Position numbers and translations under genes: made by a program. Positions 7,510-12,794 of a DNA stretch of 12,794 nt are shown one piece after another. The stretch comes from Lachnospiraceae bacterium (GTDB taxonomy: Bacteria > Bacillota > Clostridia > Lachnospirales > Lachnospiraceae): NCBI GenBank assembly GCA_004552595.1, contig SFNX01000048.1:1-12794 (forward strand), given 5' to 3'. The notes under the pieces are model-generated. The model was given only the letters and a program-made list of their open reading frames with translations. It was not told the origin of the DNA and ran no database searches. Within the stretch, counting starts at the first letter, position 1; each line of letters begins with the position of its first letter.

Positions 7510-8538
7510 ATGGGAATGGAATTTGTTAGGCAGCTTCCAAAGCCTGACGATTTTAAAAAGGAATATGCTCTTGCTGATTCACTTAAGGCAGTCAAGGAAG
7601 CGCGGGATAAAGAAATTTCAGATGTATTAACAGGTAAGAGTGACAAGTTCTTAGTAATAATCGGACCTTGTTCTGCTGACAGGGAAGATGCATTGCTCGA
7701 TTACATTTCAAGGCTTGCCAAGGTCAATGAAAAAGTTAAAGATAAGCTTGTCATTATCCCGAGAATTTATACAAATAAGCCGCGTACAACAGGCGAAGGC
7801 TATAAGGGAATCGCGTCACAGCCAAATCCTGAGAAGGAGCCTGACCTTATTAAGGGACTTATCGCAGTCCGCTCAATGCATATGAAGGCACTTGAGGTTT
7901 CGGGAATGACACCGGCTGATGAGATGCTATATCCTGAAAACTATCCGTATCTTGATGATATTCTTTCATATGTAGCAATCGGCGCAAGGTCGGTTGAAGA
8001 CCAGCAGCACAGGCTTACGACATCAGGTTTTGATGTTGCGGCAGGAATGAAGAACCCTACATCCGGCGACTTAACGGTAATGCTTAATTCCGTATATGCT
8101 GCACAGCACGCCCATACATTTACATACAGAGGCTGGGAGGTTAAGACTACCGGAAATCCGCTTGCACACACAGTACTTCGCGGAAGTATCAACGCATACG
8201 GAAGAAGCTTTGCAAACTATCATTACGAGGATTTACAGAGACTTTATGAATTATACGAAGAAAGAGAGCTTCATAACCCGGCAGCAGTTATTGATGCCAA
8301 CCACAATAACTCAGGTAAAAAGTTCAAAGAGCAGGTTCGTATAGTAGGTGAAGTGCTTCACTCAAGAAGGCACAGTGATAACATTAAGAAGTTAGTTAAG
8401 GGTGTTATGATAGAAAGCTACATTGAAGAAGGCTGTCAGAAGATTGGAGAAGGAATATACGGAAAGTCTATTACAGACCCTTGTCTTGGATGGGATGATT
8501 CAGAAAAGCTTATATACTACATTGCAGAAAACTGCTAA
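7510..8538 (+). CDS. aroG: 3-deoxy-7-phosphoheptulonate (DAHP) synthase, class I alpha (AroF/G/H type)
   Basis: 342 aa. It is colinear with E. coli AroG motifs: LVIIGPCS, KPRTT, AIGARSVEDQQHR, GMKNPTSG, VLRG, IDANHNNSGKKFKEQ, GVMIESYIEEG and YGKSITDPCLGWDDSE. AAGGAGG lies 6 nt upstream of the ATG. Confidence 0.92.
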   Translation: MGMEFVRQLPKPDDFKKEYALADSLKAVKEARDKEISDVLTGKSDKFLVIIGPCSADREDALLDYISRLAKVNEKVKDKLVIIPRIYTNKPRTTGEGYKGIASQPNPEKEPDLIKGLIAVRSMHMKALEVSGMTPADEMLYPENYPYLDDILSYVAIGARSVEDQQHRLTTSGFDVAAGMKNPTSGDLTVMLNSVYAAQHAHTFTYRGWEVKTTGNPLAHTVLRGSINAYGRSFANYHYEDLQRLYELYEERELHNPAAVIDANHNNSGKKFKEQVRIVGEVLHSRRHSDNIKKLVKGVMIESYIEEGCQKIGEGIYGKSITDPCLGWDDSEKLIYYIAENC

Positions 8539-8564
8539 ATATTAATCTGATATTTAAAATGGTA

Positions 8565-8595
8565 AGCGCGCGGTATTTAATCCGCGCGCTTTTTT
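8565..8595. terminator. Shared terminator between convergent aroG (+) and ribU (-)
   Basis: AGCGCGCGG (8565-8573) / loop TATTTAAT / CCGCGCGCT (8582-8590), followed by a T run to 8595 on the + strand. The tail on the minus strand is weaker. Confidence 0.75.
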
Positions 8596-8607
8596 AGGAA
8601 TTATTCA

Positions 8608-9201
8608 CTAAAACTTCTCGCTTCCTTTAAGGATTGGAGAAAGTCTTTTATAAATTAAAAATGTAATCAATACGCTTATCATTCCCTTTACAAACGTAAA
8701 CGGCATATTAAATATGATAAGACATTTAAGGAGTGAATCAGCTGCAGGAAAAATTGCCTGATAAGCTGCGATGATTGCATCCATTGGCATGAAGTTTGTG
8801 TAAATAGGATATACGATGTAGTAATTAGTAACTATACTTATTACAGCCATAATTGCAGCACCTAAAACTGAGCCGATTAAAGCTCCTTTTTTTGTGTTGT
8901 TTTTCTTATATATCATACCTGCAGTGAATACAAAGGACGCACCCAGAATGAAGTTAGATAACTCGCCAACACCACCTGTTGTAGTCCTCATAAGATGAAG
9001 CAGGTTTTTGATAAGGCAGATTACTACACCCGGAATCGGGCCAAGTGCGAATGAACCGATAAGGGCCGGAAGCTCTGATATGTCCATTTTGATAAATGAT
9101 GGCATGAACGGAACGCTAAAGTCGATATACATAAGTATAAAAGCGATAGCAGAAAGCATGCCTGTGACTGTGATTTTTCTTGTTCTTGATTGTACGTTCA
9201 T
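8608..9201 (-). CDS. ribU: ECF transporter S component for riboflavin (RibU family)
   Basis: 197 aa with about 6 TM segments. The N-terminus TRKITVTGMLSAIAFILMYIDFSVPFMPSFIKMDISELPALIGSFALGP is typical of RibU/ECF S-components. It lies directly behind an FMN riboswitch. The RBS is GGAGGAC (reverse complement of 9205-9211). Confidence 0.88.
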   Translation of the reverse strand: MNVQSRTRKITVTGMLSAIAFILMYIDFSVPFMPSFIKMDISELPALIGSFALGPIPGVVICLIKNLLHLMRTTTGGVGELSNFILGASFVFTAGMIYKKNNTKKGALIGSVLGAAIMAVISIVTNYYIVYPIYTNFMPMDAIIAAYQAIFPAADSLLKCLIIFNMPFTFVKGMISVLITFLIYKRLSPILKGSEKF

Positions 9202-9233
9202 TTTGTCCTCCTAAATTGTCGCGCGGTTTTCAA

Positions 9234-9262
9234 AATAAAAAAACCCGCGAAAATGCGGGGCA
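9234..9262 (-). terminator. Putative expression-platform terminator of the FMN riboswitch
   Basis: The minus strand reads GCCCCGCATTTTCGCGGGTTTTTTTATTTT: a short CCCGC/GCGGG stem followed by a T7 run. It is preceded by a perfect 7-bp hairpin, ACAGTGA/TCACTGT (9269-9287). The CCCCG arm could alternatively pair with the CGGGG at the 5' end of the aptamer. Confidence 0.45.
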
Positions 9263-9288
9263 AAAAGATACAGTGATAATGTCACTGT

Positions 9289-9418
9289 AAAATCTTCTCT
9301 CATCCGGACTATAACCGTCGGTTCCGGAATTACACCGGATCATGAACAGAATCTGTTCTCGTGGACTATACCACCGGTAGGGAATTGACTTAAGTCTCAC
9401 CCAACCCCGAAGTTTTAT
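9289..9418 (-). promoter_or_regulatory. FMN riboswitch (RFN element) controlling ribU
   Basis: The minus strand reads AAAACTTCGGGGTTGGGTGAGAC...AATTCCCTACCGGTGGTATAGTCCACGAG...GATCCGGTGTAATTCCGGAACCGACGGTTATAGTCCGGATGAGAGAAGATTTT. This reproduces the conserved RFN blocks (CTTCGGGG.AGGGTGAAATTCCC.ACCGGCGGT, GGTG.AATTCC...CCGACGGT.AAAGTCCGGATG..GAGAAG). Confidence 0.92.
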
Positions 9419-9428
9419 TACATTGCAC

Positions 9429-9457
9429 ATAATATTCTCATTTTTAATAGAAGTCAA
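9429..9457 (-). promoter_or_regulatory. Sigma-A promoter for the FMN riboswitch and ribU
   Basis: The minus strand has TTGACT (rc of 9452-9457), a 17-nt spacer, and TATTAT (rc of 9429-9434). This places the transcription start just upstream of the aptamer. Confidence 0.6.
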
Positions 9458-9473
9458 GAAGAAATGCGTTTTC

Positions 9474-9502
9474 TTTACATTTATCTTTGTATGAAATATA
9501 AT
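9474..9502 (+). promoter_or_regulatory. Candidate sigma-A promoter for the GGDEF-like gene (divergent from the ribU promoter)
   Basis: TTTACA (9474-9479), a 17-nt spacer, and TATAAT (9497-9502). The start codon follows about 20 nt later, after GGAGG. Confidence 0.5.
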
Positions 9503-9522
9503 AAAGTAATTCGGAGGACTAT

Positions 9523-10383
9523 ATGAATAGCAAAGATATTTCAGGCAAAACACTCGAGGACATTGGTATAAGCGTCCTGTTAATTGCGCTTTTTTCTGCG
9601 ACAATTGTCGATTCATTAGGCGGTGAGTTTCTATTTACCGAGAACCTTGTTATGACAATTGTTACTTTTGTTGCAGTGCTCCTTGCCGCAATCCGTGTAA
9701 CAAATATACCTGCTATAATAGCCGGTATTGCAACCGTAAGTTATATAGCATATAAGCTTTATCAGATGTTTGCACAAGGTGGCATTATTGAAGGACTGTC
9801 GTATTTATGGATTGCGATTCCGGGACTTGCAGTGCTTGGAATGGCACTTTTCAGTAAGGGAATCCAGAGACTTCAGAGAGATAATAATGTATTAAGTAAG
9901 CAGGTTGAAGATCTCATTATGATTGATCCGCTTACAGGCTTTTACAACTTAAGAAGTATGTATATGGATATCCAGACGCAGATTTCATATTCAGAGCGTA
10001 ATAATACATATATCTCACTTATGATAATAAGACCAAGATATCGTAAGGAGTTAAAGGACGTCCTTAAGAAGGAACAGTATGAGAAGGTTATTGTAACATT
10101 CAGTAAGATTGTATACGAAACGGTACGATTAGAGGACAGGGTTTATTCTCTTGACAGTGACGGAACAGTAGGTGTTTTACTTACATGTGACAGACAGGGT
10201 GCCAAGCTTGTTGAGAAGAGAATAAGAACTAAGATTGATAATACAAATGCTTTTGATAATATTGCTCAGAAGCCAATCAGAATGGAAATTCAGTTAGGAT
10301 TCTTAGAATATAAGAAAGAATATAACAGAGATGCAATCAAATTTAAGTCACTTGTCGAAGAAGAGGTTGCATACGATATCTGA
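9523..10383 (+). CDS. Membrane protein (about 4 TM helices) with a C-terminal degenerate GGDEF domain
   Basis: Four hydrophobic segments lie in aa 14-110, followed by a coiled linker. The domain opens with DPLTGFYNLRSM (compare DxLTGLxNRR). The GG(D/E)EF position reads SLDSDGT (aa 209-215). The metal-binding IDID.FK..ND position reads MIIRPRYRKELKD. An RxxD motif (RLED, aa 202-205) sits 5 residues upstream of the degenerate active-site motif. Confidence 0.75.
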   Translation: MNSKDISGKTLEDIGISVLLIALFSATIVDSLGGEFLFTENLVMTIVTFVAVLLAAIRVTNIPAIIAGIATVSYIAYKLYQMFAQGGIIEGLSYLWIAIPGLAVLGMALFSKGIQRLQRDNNVLSKQVEDLIMIDPLTGFYNLRSMYMDIQTQISYSERNNTYISLMIIRPRYRKELKDVLKKEQYEKVIVTFSKIVYETVRLEDRVYSLDSDGTVGVLLTCDRQGAKLVEKRIRTKIDNTNAFDNIAQKPIRMEIQLGFLEYKKEYNRDAIKFKSLVEEEVAYDI

Positions 10384-10473
10384 TATGAGGGCACTTTAAT
10401 ATAGTATTGTTGCACAAAACAGAAGCATAAAACTTATAAAATAGCAACATAACTCCGAAAAGATACGAAAAAT

Positions 10474-10502
10474 TTGACATTGTGACAAAAGTTGCCTAAA
10501 CT
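10474..10502 (+). promoter_or_regulatory. Candidate sigma-A promoter for the repeat-protein gene
   Basis: TTGACA (10474-10479), a 17-nt spacer, and TAAACT (10497-10502). A second TTGACA at 10520-10525 has a poorly spaced -10 (ATAATC after 15 nt). Confidence 0.4.
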
Positions 10503-10572
10503 ACGATTGATGAAATAGATTGACAATTTTTATTTTGCACATAATCGAATGGGAAAGTGAAAGGAGATTATT

Positions 10573-11004
10573 ATGGCAGAAGTTAAGAAAAATGTTGTAG
10601 CTCCGGCTGCTACAGAAGTTAAAAAAGAAGAAGTTAAGAAGGAAGCTCCTAAGGCTGAAGTTAAGAAGGAAGCTCCAAAGAAAGAAGCTCCTAAGAAGGC
10701 AGAAGTTAAGAAGGCAGAAGCTAAGAAGGCACCTGCTAAGAAAGAAGCTCCAAAGAAGGAAGCTCCTAAGAAGGCAGCAGCTAAGAAAGCACCTGCTAAG
10801 AAGGCAGAAGTTAAGGAAACATTCGCTGTTCAGTTCGCAGGTAAGGATTATGCATCAGATGTAATCGTTAAGCTTGTTAAGGATGCTTACAAGGCAACAA
10901 AGAATAAAGCAGCTATCAAGACTCTTAACGTATATGTTAACACAGATGACAGCAGAGCTTACTACGTTATTAACGATGAGTTCCATGGAAGCGTTGAACT
11001 CTAA
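10573..11004 (+). CDS. Lys/Ala/Pro/Glu pentapeptide-repeat protein with a small uncharacterised globular C-terminal domain (possibly the family annotated DUF6465; from memory, unverified)
   Basis: 143 aa. Residues 15-82 are about 13 tandem 5-residue units (EVKKE, APKAE, VKKEA, PKKEA, PKKAE, AKKAP...). The C-terminal ~60 aa (TFAVQFAGKDYASDVIVKLVKDAYKATKNKAAIKTLNVYVNTDDSRAYYVINDEFHGSVEL) is not repetitive. It has a strong RBS (GAAAGGAG) and its own terminator. Confidence 0.8.
   Translation: MAEVKKNVVAPAATEVKKEEVKKEAPKAEVKKEAPKKEAPKKAEVKKAEAKKAPAKKEAPKKEAPKKAAAKKAPAKKAEVKETFAVQFAGKDYASDVIVKLVKDAYKATKNKAAIKTLNVYVNTDDSRAYYVINDEFHGSVEL
10615..10818 (+). repeat. In-frame degenerate 15-nt tandem repeat encoding the K/A/P/E pentapeptide array
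   Basis: Units such as GAAGTTAAGAAGGAAGCTCC(T/A)AAG, AAAGAAGCTCC(T/A)AAGAAG and GCACCTGCTAAGAA(A/G) recur with 15-nt periodicity. Confidence 0.85.
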
Positions 11005-11025
11005 TCATTAATTTGAATTTAAGAG

Positions 11026-11053
11026 GCACCGGATTTATCCGGTGCTTTTTTTT
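11026..11053 (+). terminator. Intrinsic terminator after the repeat-protein gene
   Basis: GCACCGG (11026-11032) / loop ATTTAT / CCGGTGC (11039-11045), followed by T8. Confidence 0.85.
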
Positions 11054-11086
11054 GCAAAAATAAGAGCAATAAAATCAAATTAGCTA

Positions 11087-11113
11087 TAAAGTTTATTGAT
11101 AAATGACCGATAA
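11087..11113 (+). promoter_or_regulatory. Sigma-28 (SigD/FliA)-type promoter upstream of flgM
   Basis: TAAA (11087-11090), exactly 15 nt, then ACCGATAA (11106-11113). The Bacillus SigD consensus is TAAA-N15-GCCGATAT. This is the only intergenic CCGATA in the window. Confidence 0.7.
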
Positions 11114-11203
11114 AATAAGTGTAACAGTATAAGGCTCACGGAATGAGCCATTTAGTTCAGGGAAGAATTCACATTTCTCCAGGGAAGGAAAGGTGGCGAG
11201 AAT

Positions 11204-11485
11204 ATGCGTATTGAAGCGTATAACATGGTGTCACAGGTGTATGGCACACAGAAACCACATAAGGCACAGAGCACTTCTAAAGTAAGCAGAATGGACGAAG
11301 TTCAGATCTCCAGCTTTGGTAAGGACTTAGCAGTTGCTAAGCAGGCTGTTAAAAATGCCCCTGATGTGAGAGAGTCAGTTACAGCTCCACTTAAGGAGAG
11401 CATAAATGCAGGCACATATTCTGTGAGTGGTGAAGATTTTGCAAGCAAGCTTCTTGCAAAATACGAGGAGAAGATGGGCTTCTAG
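11204..11485 (+). CDS. flgM: Anti-sigma-28 factor FlgM
   Basis: 93 aa. It has a disordered N-terminal half, DEVQISSFGK, and the C-terminal sigma-28-binding signature VRESVTAPLKESINAGTYSVSGEDFASKLL (compare VR.EKV..IK..I..G.Y.V....IA.K). It is located immediately upstream of flgN-flgK, as in Bacillus. Confidence 0.8.
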   Translation: MRIEAYNMVSQVYGTQKPHKAQSTSKVSRMDEVQISSFGKDLAVAKQAVKNAPDVRESVTAPLKESINAGTYSVSGEDFASKLLAKYEEKMGF

Positions 11486-11549
11486 GTATATTATCAGAAG
11501 CCCTGCCTTCTGCTAATTGAGGGGCAGACTATTAAAAGGGGGAAGTCAA

Positions 11550-12068
11550 GTGGCAAGCTTAATGGAAGAATTAATGAACACTCTCGAGCTTGAGATTGTT
11601 GAATATAATAAGCTGCTTGAACTCGCAAAGAAAAAGACTCCCGTAATTGTTTCGGGGGATATGGAACAGTTAAGAAAAGTCACGGATGAAGAACAAAGCG
11701 TTGCAGATACGATTGTCGGTCTTGATCAGAAGAGGGAACAGATCACAAAGGACATCGCAAATGTAATTAACAGGGATGTTGAAAGCTTAAAACTGTCTGT
11801 ATTAATAGAGATTCTAAGTAAGCAGCCAAATGAAGCAAGGCGGCTTGCTGACATAAGAGACAGATTAAAGAATGTTGTAGATAGTGTCAAAATGCTTAAC
11901 GATAACAATAAGGAACTTGTTAATCATTCACTTGAAATGGTTGAATTTGACTTAAACCTTATTAAATCGATGAGACAGGCACCGGAAACAAACAATTATG
12001 GCAGGACAGCCATAAATTCCGGAAGTGTTCTTGGAGGTACCAGAGGCGGTTTTGATGCTAAACAGTAG
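11550..12068 (+). CDS. flgN: FlgN-family flagellar export chaperone (YvyG-like)
   Basis: The start is set at GTG 11550, 7 nt after AAAGGGGG. The ORF-track start at 11517 lacks an RBS. The product is helical: LMNTLELEIVEYNKLLELAKKKTPVIVSGDMEQLRKVTDEEQSVADTIVGLDQKREQI. Its position between flgM and flgK supports the call. Confidence 0.7.
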   Translation: MASLMEELMNTLELEIVEYNKLLELAKKKTPVIVSGDMEQLRKVTDEEQSVADTIVGLDQKREQITKDIANVINRDVESLKLSVLIEILSKQPNEARRLADIRDRLKNVVDSVKMLNDNNKELVNHSLEMVEFDLNLIKSMRQAPETNNYGRTAINSGSVLGGTRGGFDAKQ

Positions 12069-12086
12069 ATAGAGAGGCTTAATACT

Positions 12087-12794
12087 ATGCCGTTAATGGG
12101 AAGCATATACGTCGGTACATCCGGACTTCAGACAAGTAATAATGCACTTAATACTGCAGCTCATAACTTATCAAATATTGAGACTGCAGGTTATACAAGA
12201 CAGCAGATATTACAGGGAAGTAAATTTTATAACACGATTGGTATTGCATCCGTATCGAATATGCAGGTCGGTATAGGTGTAGACTATACAAAATGTCGTC
12301 AGGTAAGAGATGAATTTCTTGACGCTTCATACAGGAAGGAAAACGGCAGGTCTTCCTTCTATGAGATATGCTCTGAGTCAACACAGGAGATTGAAACACT
12401 CCTTGGAGAGATGGAGGGAGCTTCTTTTAAAGAGTCTTTAGCTAAGCTTTGGACTTCCGTACAGGAGCTTCAGAAAGATCCATCCAGTTCTATTACTCAG
12501 GGCGTTTTTATTGCTACATGTTCACAGTTCCTTGAAAGAGCATCTGCTGTTTCTAAGGGACTTAACGACTATCAGCAAAATTTGAATTCAAGAGTTACAG
12601 GAATGGTAGAGGATATCAACACAATTACCGACCAGATTTTTGAACTCAATAATAAAATACAGAAGGCTGAAATCGGTATCGAGGAGGCTAATGACTATAG
12701 AGATAAGAGAAATTACTTAATCGACCAGCTTTCATCTAAGATTAGCATTAAGACAGTTGAAAATGCGAACGGCGGAGTCGAGATATATGCCGAG
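12087..12794 (+). CDS. flgK: Flagellar hook-associated protein 1 FlgK, N-terminal 236 codons (runs off the window; not in the ORF track)
   Basis: ATG at 12087 follows AGAGAGG (12071-12077), and the frame stays open to the last base. The N-terminus MPLMGSIYVGTSGLQTSNNALNTAAHNLSNIETAGYTRQQ carries the flagellar rod/hook N-terminal motif. The following segments (GVDYTKCRQVRDEFLD, DPSSSITQGVFI, INTITDQIFELNNKI) are typical of FlgK. Confidence 0.9.
   Translation, partial: MPLMGSIYVGTSGLQTSNNALNTAAHNLSNIETAGYTRQQILQGSKFYNTIGIASVSNMQVGIGVDYTKCRQVRDEFLDASYRKENGRSSFYEICSESTQEIETLLGEMEGASFKESLAKLWTSVQELQKDPSSSITQGVFIATCSQFLERASAVSKGLNDYQQNLNSRVTGMVEDINTITDQIFELNNKIQKAEIGIEEANDYRDKRNYLIDQLSSKISIKTVENANGGVEIYAE

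Noticed and set aside
2885-9214. Same-strand or alternative-frame ORFs of 62-82 aa (2885-3073, 4604-4801, 7271-7468, 7688-7885, 8096-8344, 9008-9214)
   Set aside because: Each is embedded out of frame in (or, for 9008-9214, antisense to) metG, metN, ppiB, aroG or ribU. They have no RBS and no recognisable motifs.
9230-9616. A 128-aa minus-strand ORF spanning the ribU leader
   Set aside because: It covers the FMN riboswitch, both divergent promoters and the start of the GGDEF-like gene. The conserved RFN blocks explain the sequence, and the translation is Cys/Phe/Arg-rich nonsense.
10384-10572. A 190-nt intergenic region checked for a c-di-GMP (GEMM) or other riboswitch or sRNA, given the flagellar and GGDEF context
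   Set aside because: The region is AT-rich. It has no conserved GEMM blocks (GGCAAA...GGGACGCAAAGCC), no stable GC stems and no terminator. Promoter elements (two TTGACA boxes) for the downstream gene explain it better.
10615-10818. A tandem 15-nt repeat considered as a CRISPR array or non-coding minisatellite
   Set aside because: The repeats are contiguous with no spacers, are far shorter than CRISPR repeats, and are in frame within a well-signalled ORF. They encode a coherent K/A/P/E pentapeptide array.
11486-11549. A CAGAAG/CTTCTG hairpin between flgM and flgN considered as a terminator
   Set aside because: The stem is only 6 bp and has no downstream T-tract. flgM and flgN are most likely co-transcribed.
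13-12399. Minus-strand ORFs of 60-127 aa lying inside + strand genes (13-198, 259-447, 1020-1283, 1217-1600, 1971-2204, 2590-2919, 3477-3776, 3951-4241, 4371-4553, 6572-6796, 7455-7646, 7941-8192, 11726-11908, 12148-12399)
   Set aside because: All of them lie antisense to confidently identified genes. They lack RBSs and have low-complexity, family-less translations, so they are typical shadow ORFs.
1-12794. A window-wide search for mobile elements, defence systems (RM, TA, CBASS, Abi-type), prophage remnants, tRNA or rRNA
   Set aside because: I recognised no integrase, transposase, nuclease, methylase or toxin-like ORFs, no terminal inverted repeats and no cloverleaf-like tRNA sequences. GC content looks uniform by eye. 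Gene content is housekeeping plus motility, so I cannot support an accessory island or a novel defence-type system here.

Overview
This looks like chromosomal core DNA from a Firmicutes/Clostridia-type organism: roughly 40% GC by eye, AGGAGG-type ribosome-binding sites, and a Firmicute-style flgM-flgN-flgK gene order. A motile anaerobe of Lachnospiraceae type is plausible, but that is only inferred. Nearly all genes are on the + strand. In order they are: the 3' end of dnaJ; a tightly packed sulfur/methionine-themed string cysE-mnmA-metG-metN-metI; an orphan small ORF immediately followed by a 'reverse' rubrerythrin with an N-terminal rubredoxin-like domain; ppiB and an AroG-type DAHP synthase; a convergent minus-strand unit of promoter, FMN riboswitch and ECF riboflavin S-component ribU; a 4-TM protein with a degenerate GGDEF domain; a Lys/Ala/Pro/Glu pentapeptide-repeat protein; and the start of a late flagellar operon (flgM, flgN, 5' part of flgK) behind a good sigma-28/SigD-type promoter. 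I found no rRNA, tRNA, CRISPR array, transposase, integrase or recognisable defence gene. I do not see a convincing new multi-gene system. The least explained parts are the degenerate-GGDEF and repeat-protein pair directly upstream of flgM (9.5-11.0 kb) and the small ORF at 5960-6220. CDS coordinates include the stop codon.
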